From assembly GCA_964430985.1 (NCBI GenBank), contig CAYSIC010000005.1:19610-83609 (forward strand): a stretch of DNA of 64,000 bases, given 5' to 3'. Each line of letters begins with the position of its first letter. Position 1 is the first letter of the stretch. The notes beneath the pieces are model-generated. The model did no database searches. It was not told the origin of the DNA and was given only the letters and a program-made list of their open reading frames with translations. Shown in pieces: positions 11,017 through 20,900 of the stretch. Both the position numbers and the translations under genes were made by a program. Source of the stretch: an uncultured Atopobium sp. GTDB taxonomy: Bacteria; Actinomycetota; Coriobacteriia; Coriobacteriales; Atopobiaceae.

Positions 11017-11481
11017 CTACGAGAGCTCGATGATGCGTGCCTCGAGGATGGTGCCATCGTCCTCGCATACGATGCGCCCCATCGAGGGTCGGGAGCGGCG
11101 GGGGTAGGTGGGGCTCCCGGGGTTCATCACTAGGGTCTTCGTCCACTCGTCGCGCTCCACGAAGGGCGTGTGCGTGTGCCCGCAGATGGCGATGTCGCTC
11201 ATCGAGAGGCTGAGGCGCTCGCGGTAGTGGTTGACCTGCCACTTGAGATCGCTGCTATAGAAGATCTTTCTCTCCCTGACCAGGGGCCCATAGTCGTAAG
11301 CCCAGTCGTTGTTACCCAGGCACATCTGAATGGGAGCGATGTCACAGAGGGTCCGATAGTCGGAGGGCGAGCAGATGTCGCCCGCATGCACGATCATATC
11401 GGCGCCCTGCAGATTCTCCAGAAGTTCTGGCGAGAGAAACCCATGGGTGTCCGCAATGATGTCGTAACGAGTCTTTGTCAC
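11017..11481 (-). CDS. YfcE/MJ0936-family metallophosphoesterase
   Basis: 154 aa with D-x-H, GD and GNND/GHTH metallophosphoesterase motifs (IIADTHG, HAGDI, CLGNND, CGHTH). Confidence 0.8.
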   Translation of the reverse strand: MTKTRYDIIADTHGFLSPELLENLQGADMIVHAGDICSPSDYRTLCDIAPIQMCLGNNDWAYDYGPLVRERKIFYSSDLKWQVNHYRERLSLSMSDIAICGHTHTPFVERDEWTKTLVMNPGSPTYPRRSRPSMGRIVCEDDGTILEARIIELS

Positions 11482-11492
11482 AAAAAACCTTT

Positions 11493-12209
11493 CTAGAGGC
11501 CCAGCGCGCGCTTGAGCGCAACCACGCGACGCCTCGAAACGGAGATCTTCTTGCCCTCGATCCCACTGACTCCCAACTGGAGAATGCCTGAGGAGATGAC
11601 CTCGACGTCTTCCACGTACTTGAGGTTCACGATGTAACCTCGATGCACGCGGAAGAAGCCGTGAGGTGCGAGCTTTTGCTCAAGCTTGGCAAGCGAGATG
11701 GTGGACAAGAAGCGGTCATCGTCGGTATAGATGCAGGAGTAGTCATCCTTGGCCTCGATATAGCGAACCTCATCGATGGGAACCAGGACCTTGCGGCCGC
11801 TCTTGACCACGGGAATCCGCTCGACGGAGGAACGCGTCTGAGACTCGGGCTTCATACGTGCCTGGACCTTGTCGAGTGCCTGGACAAGACGCTCGGGCTC
11901 GACCGGCTTCATCAGGTAGTCGATGGCGTCCACCTCGAAGGCCTCGAGGGCATATTCGCTGTAGGCGGTCACGAATACCACGGAGGGGGGATTTTTAAGG
12001 CGGTGCAGAGCCTCGGCGAGCTGCATGCCCGACGTCTTTGGCATGGAGATGTCCAGAAACACGACGTCGGCCTTGCCGTCCATGAGTTTTTCAACGGCCT
12101 CGCGCGCGCTCGAAGCCTCCGTGATGGCATCGACCCTACCCGTCTCCTCGAGCAGATACCGCAGCTCGGAACGGGCGGGAGCCTCATCATCAACGATCAT
12201 AGCGCGCAT
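11493..12209 (-). CDS. LytR/AlgR-family response regulator (REC + LytTR)
   Basis: N-terminal receiver domain (MIVDDE...DVVFLDISMP) and C-terminal LytTR DNA-binding domain (FFRVHRGYIVNL). Confidence 0.9.
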   Translation of the reverse strand: MRAMIVDDEAPARSELRYLLEETGRVDAITEASSAREAVEKLMDGKADVVFLDISMPKTSGMQLAEALHRLKNPPSVVFVTAYSEYALEAFEVDAIDYLMKPVEPERLVQALDKVQARMKPESQTRSSVERIPVVKSGRKVLVPIDEVRYIEAKDDYSCIYTDDDRFLSTISLAKLEQKLAPHGFFRVHRGYIVNLKYVEDVEVISSGILQLGVSGIEGKKISVSRRRVVALKRALGL

Positions 12210-13624
12210 GTGTCAATCCCTTCGTATGTTGCGCCGGCGCCGCCGGCTCCTTGCTTCTCCATGGCATGGGAGGCGTGAGAAGGCCGTGTGGGCAGGGTCT
12301 CGCAAGCGCCTACGAGCCTCAGCGTCACACACGTGCCCTCCCCCGGCTTGGACACGATCTCAACGCCCGACCCCGCACCGAAGAAACGCTCGATGCGCTC
12401 GGCGACGTTGCGTAGGGCCATACCAGCACCCCTGTCCCCACCGCCCGACGGCCTCGGGTCGTTGACGCCGGCCAGAAGCCGGTCCGCAACCGTATGATCC
12501 ATGCCAAGGCCATCGTCTGCGACGGCTATAAGGATATCATCACCGTCGGTCGCCACCTGAACGTCCACATGAAGCGTCCCCTCATCGCGCATGGCGTGGC
12601 GCACCGCATTCTCCACGATGGGCTGCACCAGGAAGGACGGCACCGAGAGGACCTCGCATCCCGGCCCGACATGCTCGCTCTCAGAGATGCGATCCTCGCC
12701 AAAGCGGGCTTTCTCGATTTTGAGGTAGCGACGCGTCTGCTCGAGCTCCTGCGAGAGCGGAATAAGGGTCTTCTCGGAGTTCTCGAGCGTGCGGCGATAG
12801 AAGAGGGAGAACTCGCGGAGAAGGTCACGCGCCCTCGTGGGGTTCGTGCGCGTGAACGAGGCGATCGTGTTGAGCGCATTGAAGAGGAAGTGCGGGTTAA
12901 TCTGGGCCTGCAGGGCCTTGACCTCGGCGCGGGCCGTGAGCTCAGCCTGGCGATCGAGCTCGTAGGACGAGAGCTGCGTGGACAGGAGCATCCCCAGTCC
13001 CTCGGCGATGCCCAGCTGGGTTCGGTCGATGTCGAGGTCGCGCACATAGTAGAGCTTAATCGTTCCCACGGCGCGCCCTTGCACGAGCAACGGCACGATG
13101 ATGCCAAAGGTGTGGCTCTCGTGACGGCTGCCCAAGACGAAGCGGCGCACGTCCTGCGTTGCCGCGTCCATCGCCACGAACGTCTCCATGCGCTTGCTCT
13201 CAAGCACCTCCAGCGTGGGCTTGGTGTTCTGGGAGCCCGGCCTGAAGCGCGACTCGATCGTCCCCTCGTAGGCCAGCACCTGCGAGACGTCCGTGATGGC
13301 TATTGCCGCAGCATTGGTCTCGGGCAGGAGCAGCGCGCAGATGGCGTGGGCATTCTTTGCCGTAAGCCCGCCGCCGAGGTGCTCGAGGGTGTTCGAGGCG
13401 ACGCGCAGGGTGCGCTCAGTAGCCTCAGAGCGCGTGTGCGAGGAGGTGAGGTTGATGGCTCCGCTCATGACGATGACGGCCGCAAAGCCGCAGCCCACGA
13501 GCATGGTCGCCACGAGGAGGCCGTTTTGGAGGCTCCAGAGCAGCGCCCCCGCCAGTGCCAGTGCGCAGACGAGCAGGAGCGCCTCGGCGATCCTGCGCGA
13601 ACAGATCTTCTCGCGCAGACTCAT
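12197..13624 (-). CDS. sensor histidine kinase, LytS/YehU type with GAF domain
   Basis: Two N-terminal TM helices, a GAF-like segment, a His_kinase motif (QINPHFLFNALNTI) and a HATPase_c domain (DDGLGM, GAGMALRNV). It overlaps the response-regulator gene by 13 nt. Confidence 0.85.
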   Translation of the reverse strand: MSLREKICSRRIAEALLLVCALALAGALLWSLQNGLLVATMLVGCGFAAVIVMSGAINLTSSHTRSEATERTLRVASNTLEHLGGGLTAKNAHAICALLLPETNAAAIAITDVSQVLAYEGTIESRFRPGSQNTKPTLEVLESKRMETFVAMDAATQDVRRFVLGSRHESHTFGIIVPLLVQGRAVGTIKLYYVRDLDIDRTQLGIAEGLGMLLSTQLSSYELDRQAELTARAEVKALQAQINPHFLFNALNTIASFTRTNPTRARDLLREFSLFYRRTLENSEKTLIPLSQELEQTRRYLKIEKARFGEDRISESEHVGPGCEVLSVPSFLVQPIVENAVRHAMRDEGTLHVDVQVATDGDDILIAVADDGLGMDHTVADRLLAGVNDPRPSGGGDRGAGMALRNVAERIERFFGAGSGVEIVSKPGEGTCVTLRLVGACETLPTRPSHASHAMEKQGAGGAGATYEGIDTCAL

Positions 13625-14913
13625 TGCGCGTCACCTGCTAACGGAGGAAATGCCCCCGTGTCCGAGAAGGGGTCCGACAGGGATCGCAGGGGCTCCTCGC
13701 CCTCGGCGGGTGAGCACATCTCGCCCGTGCGCAGGATGGCGCCCTGCAGGTAGCGATCCTCCCAGAGCGCCGCGGCAATAGTGGGCCACACCATGGCAAA
13801 CGAGAGATAGCGTGAGCTCGAGGAGCGGGCGAACTTGTCCGCCTCATAGCGACCTCGCGTAAGGATGCGCAGATACGAGGCCCGGCTGGGCCCCACGACC
13901 AGACGCCTGAGCGCCGTCTGGAACACGCGGCGACGCACCCCGGAAGAAAGCCAGGGCGCCGGATAGGGCATGAGGGACTCGCGGGTGACCATCCTGAGAT
14001 CGCGACGGGAGTTCATGGCATCGAGCTTGCGGTATTCGTAGAACCAGCGATACACGTTCTGCATGAAGAGAGAGGGCATGGGGGCCATCTCCTCAGGCGG
14101 TTGCAGACGCACGCACCAGGCGTTGTCGAACCAGACGTCGAGGCCGTTGGCGCGCAGGTTTAAAAGGTAGTCCAGGTCCTCCCCGCGTGTGATGTAGGGA
14201 TCAAAGGGGATCTTGGTGAACGCCGCGGCATGCAGGGCGCAGCAGCCTCCGCACATGTGATTCGAGCGCGTGATCCTCACGGGTCCCCGCGCCTTCTCCA
14301 TGAGCCTGTTGAAGCCGTCCGCCTTGGTCCAGTACTTCTCGCTCCAAGCATCTGAGCCCTGAGCATAGGGAGATCCAGACGCATCGATGAAAAAGCCGCT
14401 CTTGGCAAGGATCTTCAGGTTCTGACGGGTGAGCGATCCCAGTCCGTAAACTGCGTTGACCAAGAAATCGGGGTCGAGCACGACCTCGTCGTCATCAAGA
14501 AAGACTGCGACGTCGTACCCAAAGACCGAGGCGACCGCCAGGCCCATGTTCTTGATGGCGCCGTATCCGCGCAGGGAGACCGTTTCGCCCGTGACGTGAT
14601 GGGCCATCCTAGCCACGGCCTTCTCGACGTGCGCCGCCTCCTGGTCGCCGATGACGAGCGGGTTGAGCGAGGCGTGTGCGCGGCAGATGCTGTTCACGCG
14701 GGCGCGGGCCGAATCGGAGCAGGACGGGGATGCCACCACGAGAACCACCACGCGTAGGATGCCGCGTACCTGCTCGAGGGAAGCGAGGCACAGCTCAAGC
14801 TCCGGAAGGGGCTTGTCGATGGGCGTGGTGTAATCGTAGACGCCGCGCTCCCCCAGAGCCCCAGGCTGGTTTCCCTGCGCCCAGTAGGAGGGGATGATGA
14901 TGACGGGTCTCAC
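13621..14913 (-). CDS. GT-A fold (family-2-like) glycosyltransferase
   Basis: GTG start at 14913, 4 nt after SD AGGAGG. VIIIPSYW at the N-terminus and a DxD-type FLDDDEV motif. Its stop overlaps the kinase start (ATGA). The longer 643-aa ORF is rejected because its 5' part overlaps queT out of frame. Confidence 0.65.
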   Translation of the reverse strand: MRPVIIIPSYWAQGNQPGALGERGVYDYTTPIDKPLPELELCLASLEQVRGILRVVVLVVASPSCSDSARARVNSICRAHASLNPLVIGDQEAAHVEKAVARMAHHVTGETVSLRGYGAIKNMGLAVASVFGYDVAVFLDDDEVVLDPDFLVNAVYGLGSLTRQNLKILAKSGFFIDASGSPYAQGSDAWSEKYWTKADGFNRLMEKARGPVRITRSNHMCGGCCALHAAAFTKIPFDPYITRGEDLDYLLNLRANGLDVWFDNAWCVRLQPPEEMAPMPSLFMQNVYRWFYEYRKLDAMNSRRDLRMVTRESLMPYPAPWLSSGVRRRVFQTALRRLVVGPSRASYLRILTRGRYEADKFARSSSSRYLSFAMVWPTIAAALWEDRYLQGAILRTGEMCSPAEGEEPLRSLSDPFSDTGAFPPLAGDAQ

Positions 14914-14921
14914 GGGGCCTC

Positions 14922-15530
14922 CTAAGCTCGCGTCACGGCGTCGTCTTTGAGCTTGCTGGGCAGCGTCGTCCTGCGCAGGGCCCGCGCGAGGGGCAGACCC
15001 AGGGCGCACATGACCACGGACTCGCCAAGGCCAGTGGCAACGAGGCCGAAGAGGTACATTGCCGGGTAGGCGCCGTCGAGGTCGATGCTGGTGAATGGAA
15101 TCGTGTAGAAGCCGATACCCCTGAGCAGGAGCGGCAGGTAGGCGGGCACGATGAGCGCGTTCGAGAGCACGGGCCCCAGAAGGGCAAGGGCGGGTCGCGC
15201 GCGCATGCGCCACGTGAACCAGGTGCCCACCAAGGTGGCAAGCCCCCCAAACACGACGTCGAGCATGCCAAGCATGCCAGTGCCAGACAAGACGATGTTG
15301 GCAAGATTGGCGATCACGCAGCCCAGCGTAAGACCGGGGACGGCATCGGCGGTGAACAGGGCAAGGACGCAAACCGCCTCTGAGACGCGAAACTGCACCG
15401 GCCCCCAGGCAAGGCTTCCCAGAAAGAGCATGGTGACCAGGGTGAGAGCCGCATACGTGGCGGCAATCATTCCAATGCGAACGATTCTCCGAGTGCGAGC
15501 CGCAGATGCGACCGTACGAGATGTGGACAA
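14922..15530 (-). CDS. queT: queuosine-precursor transporter QueT (ECF S-component-like)
   Basis: 202-aa polytopic membrane protein with a QueT-family look (GPVQFRVSEA, NALIVPAYLP). TTG start, 6 nt after GGAGG. Confidence 0.7.
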   Translation of the reverse strand: MSTSRTVASAARTRRIVRIGMIAATYAALTLVTMLFLGSLAWGPVQFRVSEAVCVLALFTADAVPGLTLGCVIANLANIVLSGTGMLGMLDVVFGGLATLVGTWFTWRMRARPALALLGPVLSNALIVPAYLPLLLRGIGFYTIPFTSIDLDGAYPAMYLFGLVATGLGESVVMCALGLPLARALRRTTLPSKLKDDAVTRA

Positions 15531-15674
15531 GGGCTACCTCCGTGAAGCGCATGAGTGCAGGCGGTCAGCGGCTGCGGGCGCGCAACCTGCCGTGTTAATA
15601 TTACCCCCATGTCAAATGAGGTGCACCCCGTCAACGGCGTGGCCACCCGGCTTTGGACAACAAGAGGAGCCATC

Positions 15675-17846
15675 ATGAATTCCCGCGCGAGAATCGCCTG
15701 CTGGGCGGGGGACGTCACACACTGGGGCCTCGTTCACATCCTGCATCGTAACGGAGGCAACATTCCCGGGGCGCTCGCGCTGCGCCTCGACCCGACGCTT
15801 ATCGGCCCGCTCGCCGCGGGGCTCGATCGCAGCGTCATAATCACGGGAACCAACGGCAAGACCACCACCACGGGTCTCATCGCTGACGGAATCAGCTCTG
15901 GGGGTCAGCGGGTGATCTGCAACCGTGCGGGCAACAACATGGAGTCCGGCATCGCCGCCGCCCTGCTCCAGGGACGCGGCGACAGTCGGCGGGTAGGTTG
16001 CTTTGAGTGTGACGAGCTCTACACCGTACGCGTGCTGCCCCGCATGAGGCCGCGCGCGCTCGTTCTGCTCAATTTGTTTCGCGACCAGCTCGATCGCTAC
16101 GGCGAGATTGACCACACCCAAGACGTCATCGCCCAGGCGCTCGAAACCTCCCCTGAGACGCTACTCGTCTACAACGCGGATGACCCCCTGTGCGCCGCCA
16201 TCGCCGATCGTGTTCCCAACCGGGGCGTTCCCTTTGGCATCGACGAGCCCACGGGCCTTGAGGCGGATCGCATCTCGGACAGCCGTTTCTGCGCGCGGTG
16301 CAGCGCCCCGCTCGACTACGCCTACGTTCATTACGGGCAGCTGGGCTCCTATCGCTGCCCGGCCTGCGGCTGGGAGCGTCCCCGGCTCGCCTTTGCCGTG
16401 CGCAACGTCGAGCTGGGCCGCGAGGGCTACTCCTTCGATGTGGAGGACCGACGCGCGGACACGCTCTTGACTCACCACCTAAGCTGCCGCTACAACGGCC
16501 TCTACATGGTCTACAACATCGCGGCCGCCTTTGCTGCCACGCTCGTCATGGGCGCGGACGCCCAAGGATTCCAGGGCGTGCTCGACGCTTACCGCCCGGC
16601 CTCCGGTCGCGGCCGGACCTTCTCGGTGGGTGGGCGCGACGTGGTGTCGAACCTTGCCAAGAATCCCGTGGGGTTCGACCGCATGCTCCAGGAGATCAGG
16701 ACCGAGAACGGGCGGCTCATGGCCTTCTTCCTCAACGATAAGGACGCTGACGGCCGCGACGTCTCCTGGATCTGGGACGTGGACTTTGAGCGCCTGGGGG
16801 ACCTCCCCGACCTCGATCGCATCTTCGTGGGGGGCACCCGCGCCCACGAACTGGCGGTGCGCCTCAAGTATGCGGATCTCCCTGTGCAGCCCGTGGCCAT
16901 CCAGAGCCTTGAGGACGCGCTGCGGCAATGTGCGGGCCTGCCGGCGGAACGTGTGCTTCACGTGGTGGCCAACTACACCGCGTTTCCCCCGGTCGTGTCC
17001 GAGCTCGAGCGTCTGGAGAGGAGATTTGACCCAGCCACGCCCGGAGACCAGGCTGGCGTACAGGTGACCGCAGACACGCGCCCGGACGCCGCCCCGCTTC
17101 CCGCCCCCCTCGCGCTCGACCGTCCCCTGCGCATCGTCCACCTCTATCCGGACGCGCTCAACCTCTACGGCGACGGGGGCAACATCGCCTCCCTCCAGAA
17201 GCGCTGCGCGTGGCGCGGCATCCCCGTCCGCGTTGACCAGGTGCTCATGGGGCAGAATCTCGATCTCTGCGACGCTGACATCGTCCTTCTCGGCGGGGGC
17301 TCCGATCGCGACCAGCTCGCCGTGGCCCATGAGCTCCTTGGCCAGCGTGAGAAGCTCGCCTCCTACGTCGCCGACGACGGTGCCCTTCTGGCCGTCTGCG
17401 GAGGCTACCAGCTGCTGGGCACCTCCTATGAGATGGGCGACAAGCGCATCGAGGGCCTCGGCATCCTCGACCTTGTGACCACGGTAGCGAGCACGCGCCT
17501 CATTGGAAACATGGCCGTGAGCTCATCTTTGTGCGCCGAGCCCATCGTGGGCTTTGAGAACCACGCGGGTCGCACCGTGCTGGGCAAGAGTGAGCGTCCC
17601 CTGGGCATGAGCCTGGTCCCGGGAGCTGGAAACAACGGGGAGGACGGCGGCGAGGGGGTCCTCCACAGAGGAGTCGTGGGCACCTACCTTCACGGTCCCA
17701 TCCTACCCAAGAATCCTGGCGTGACCGACTGGCTCATTGCACACGCCCTGCGACGCCGCGGGCTCACCATCGAGCTCGCCCCCCTCGACGATGCCGTCGA
17801 GAAGGCCGCCCACGACGTGGCCCTCAGAATCGCCCAACGCAAATAA
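15675..17846 (+). CDS. murT: fused MurT-GatD (lipid II isoglutaminyl synthase, ligase plus glutaminase subunits in one polypeptide)
   Basis: N-terminal Mur-ligase domain (ITGTNGKTTTT) with the MurT Cys4 ribbon (CARCSAPL...YRCPACGW) and a DUF1727-like C-terminal part. A ~35-aa Pro/Ala linker follows, then a CobQ-type GATase (LYGDGGN, CGGYQLLG, HGP). SD AGAGGAG precedes the ATG at 15675. Confidence 0.85.
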   Translation: MNSRARIACWAGDVTHWGLVHILHRNGGNIPGALALRLDPTLIGPLAAGLDRSVIITGTNGKTTTTGLIADGISSGGQRVICNRAGNNMESGIAAALLQGRGDSRRVGCFECDELYTVRVLPRMRPRALVLLNLFRDQLDRYGEIDHTQDVIAQALETSPETLLVYNADDPLCAAIADRVPNRGVPFGIDEPTGLEADRISDSRFCARCSAPLDYAYVHYGQLGSYRCPACGWERPRLAFAVRNVELGREGYSFDVEDRRADTLLTHHLSCRYNGLYMVYNIAAAFAATLVMGADAQGFQGVLDAYRPASGRGRTFSVGGRDVVSNLAKNPVGFDRMLQEIRTENGRLMAFFLNDKDADGRDVSWIWDVDFERLGDLPDLDRIFVGGTRAHELAVRLKYADLPVQPVAIQSLEDALRQCAGLPAERVLHVVANYTAFPPVVSELERLERRFDPATPGDQAGVQVTADTRPDAAPLPAPLALDRPLRIVHLYPDALNLYGDGGNIASLQKRCAWRGIPVRVDQVLMGQNLDLCDADIVLLGGGSDRDQLAVAHELLGQREKLASYVADDGALLAVCGGYQLLGTSYEMGDKRIEGLGILDLVTTVASTRLIGNMAVSSSLCAEPIVGFENHAGRTVLGKSERPLGMSLVPGAGNNGEDGGEGVLHRGVVGTYLHGPILPKNPGVTDWLIAHALRRRGLTIELAPLDDAVEKAAHDVALRIAQRK

Positions 17847-17910
17847 GAGACGAGGTGGCGTGCCGACAGCCCCGCAAGGCGGCCGTACGCGTCCTCACGA
17901 ACCACAACAA

Positions 17911-17938
17911 AAGGCCCCCAGCCGAAGCTGGGGGCCTT
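17911..17938. terminator. bidirectional terminator between murT-gatD and PFOR
   Basis: Stem ggcccccagc / gctgggggcc with loop cgaa, flanked by an A-run and a T-run. Confidence 0.7.
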
Positions 17939-17969
17939 GTCACGCGAACCAGAGGGGCAAGCCTACAAG

Positions 17970-20900
17970 CTACTCCTCATTGTAGAGCGTCACGAGCTTC
18001 TTGAGATGCGCGTAACGGTTCATGGCCGCTTCCTCGTTCTCGGCGAAGAGCTCCTTGGCCTGCTCCGGGAAGGAGCGCGTGAGGCTGGCATAGCGGGCCT
18101 CGTTCATCAGGAACTCCTGATAGCCACCTGCCGGCTCCTTGGAGTCGAGCGTGAACTTCTTGCCCTTGGGGGCATCCGGGTTGAAGCGGAAGAGGTTCCA
18201 GTAGCCGCACTCGACAGCCCTCTTCATCTCGGGCTGGCAGTTCTGCATGCCGCCCTTCTTGATGGAGTGCATCTCGCAGGGGCTGTAGCCGATGATGAGG
18301 GACGGACCGTCGAAGGCCTCGGCCTCGTTGATGGCCTTGAGCGTCTGCATCGGGTTGGCGCCCATGGCAACCTGCGCCACATAGATGGTGCCGTAGCTCA
18401 TCGCGATCTCGGCAAGGCTCTTCTTGCCGGTACGCTTGCCTGCGGAGGCGAACTGAGCCACCTGGCCGAAGTTAGAGGCCTTGGAAGCCTGGCCGCCGGT
18501 GTTGGAGTAGACCTCGGTGTCAAAGACGAAGACGTTCACGTCATTGCCAGAGGCAAGCACGTGGTCGAGCCCACCGAAGCCGATGTCGTACGCCCAGCCG
18601 TCGCCGCCGAAGATCCAGAACGACTTCTTGGTGAGGAAGGCTCTGTTGGCGAGAATCTCCTTGGCTACCGGGTCATCGCTCTTCTCGAGCTCGTCCACGT
18701 AGTTGAGCGCCGCCGTCCTGCTGGTCGTGGCATTCGTACGAGCCTCGAGCCACGCAGTTGCAGCCGTGGCGAGCGCGTCAGAGGCGTTGCCGGACTCAAG
18801 CAGGTTCTGGGTGTCGGCAACAAGCTTGTTCTGAACGGCCATGTAGCCCAGCTCGAGTCCCAGGCCGTGCTCGGCGTTGTCCTCGAACAGGGAGTTGTTC
18901 CACGCAGGGCCGTGACCCTGGTCATTGACGGTGAATGGCGAGGTAGCGGCCGGGTTGCCCCAGATCGAGGAGCAGCCGGTTGCGTTGGAGATGAACATGC
19001 GGTCACCGAAGATCTGCGTGATGAGACGCGCGTAGCTCGTCTCGGCGCAGCCGGCGCAGGAACCAGAGAACTCAAGGTAGGGCTTGGCAAACTGGCTTCC
19101 CTTGACGTTCGTGGGGTTGATGAGCTCCTTCTTCTCGGAGACCTTGTTGACCGCATAGTCCCACACGGGGATCTGGTCGTGCTCGTCCTCCTGCGGAACC
19201 ATGCTGAGGGCCTGCTTCGGGCAAATCTTGACGCAGTTCGTGCAGCCCATGCAGTCGAGCGGCGAGACGGCGATCGTGAAGGTCAGATCCTCCATGCCCT
19301 TGCCCATGGCCTTGATCGTGCGCATGTTCTCGGGAGCGGCGGCCGCCTCCTCCTTGTTCATGACAATCGGGCGAATCGTGGCATGCGGGCACACGTAGGA
19401 GCACTGGTTGCACTGGATGCACTTGGTCTCGTCCCAGTGAGACACCATGAAGGTGACGCCGCGCTTCTCGTACTGAGAGGCACCGAGCTCGAACTGGCCG
19501 TCGGCGTGCTCCATGAACGCGGAGACGGGCAGCGAGTCGCCGTCCATGCGGTTGATGGGCCCGAGGAGCTCCTCGACCTGGCGCACGATGGCCGCGCGGC
19601 CCTCAAGCTTGACCGGGGCCTTCTCGTCGGTGGCGTTGGCCCAGTCGGCGGGAACCTCAAAGACGCGATATGCGGTGGCACCGGCATCGATCGCCTTATG
19701 GTTGGAGTCGACGATGGCCTGGCCCTTCTTCATGTAGGACTTGGTGGCGGCGTCCTTCATGTACTTGACGGCGTCAGCCTCAGGCAGGACCTTGGCCAGC
19801 GAGAAGAAGGCGGACTGCAGCACCGTGTTGGTGCGCTTGCCCATGCCTACCTTGGCGGCCAGGTCAACGGCGTCGATGAGGTAGACCTTGATGTCGTTCT
19901 TGGCGATGTAGCGCTTGGCGACTGCCGGCAGGCGATCTGCGAACTCCTCGTCAGACCACTGGCAGTTCACCAGGAAGGTTCCGCCAGGCTTGACGTCGCG
20001 GACCATCGGGAAGCCCTTGACGATGTAGCTGGGGTTGTGGCAGGCCACAAAGTCAGCCTTGCTCACGTAGTACGGCGAGCGAATCGGCGAGTCGCCAAAA
20101 CGCAGGTGGCTGACCGTGACGCCGCCGGTCTTCTTGGAGTCGTACTGGAAGTAGGCCTGAACGTACTTGTCCGTGTGGTCGCCGATGATCTTGATGGAGT
20201 TCTTGTTGGCGCCCACGGTACCGTCGCCGCCGAGACCCCAGAACTTGCACTCGATGGTCGTCGGGTCGGCCGTGTTGGGGGCCTCAGGGTCCTCGGGAAG
20301 CGAGAGGTTCGTGACGTCATCCACGATGCCAACGGTGAACTCGCGACGAGGCTCGTCCTTCTTGAGCTCCTCGTAGACTGCGAAGGCAGACGCGGGAGGC
20401 GTGTCCTTGGAACCAAGGCCGTAGCGACCGCCGACGACCTTGATGTCCGTCTTGCCAGCCTCGTACAGCGCAGCGATGACGTCCTCGTAAAGGGGCTCGC
20501 CAATGGAACCCGGCTCCTTGGTGCGGTCCATGACGGCGATCTTCTTAACCGTCTTGGGGAGAGCGTCCACGAAGCGATCGATGGAGAACGGGCGATACAG
20601 GCGCACCTTCACCAGGCCGACCTTCTCACCGTGGGCGTTGAGATAGTCGATGACCTCCTCGAGCACGTCGCAGAAGGAGCCCATGCAGATGACGACACGG
20701 TCGGCGTCGGGCGCACCGTAGTAGTTGAACAGGCCGTAGTCGGTGCCGAGCTTCTTGTTGACCTCGTTCATGTACTCCTCGACGACGTCGGGGAGCTTGT
20801 CGTAGGCGGTGTTGCAGGCCTCGCGGTGCTGGAAGAAGACGTCGCCGTTCTCGTGGCTGCCGCGAGCATGAGGGTGCTCGGGGTTGAGCGCATGGTCGCG

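Noticed and set aside
13621-15552. Single 643-aa ORF spanning the glycosyltransferase and the queT region.
   Set aside because: The 5' ~210 codons overlap the clearly genuine queT gene in another frame and translate to Arg/Pro/His-rich nonsense. A GTG at 14913 with an AGGAGG SD directly after the queT stop gives a sensible 430-aa glycosyltransferase.
15531-15674. Possible preQ1 riboswitch upstream of queT.
   Set aside because: QueT genes often carry preQ1-I, -II or -III riboswitches. In this leader I could not find the preQ1-I hairpin plus A-rich tail/ACUA-type pseudoknot, nor any convincing preQ1-II-like fold next to the GGAGG SD. The spacer also has to hold the divergent murT-gatD promoter. 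Only an Infernal scan could settle this.
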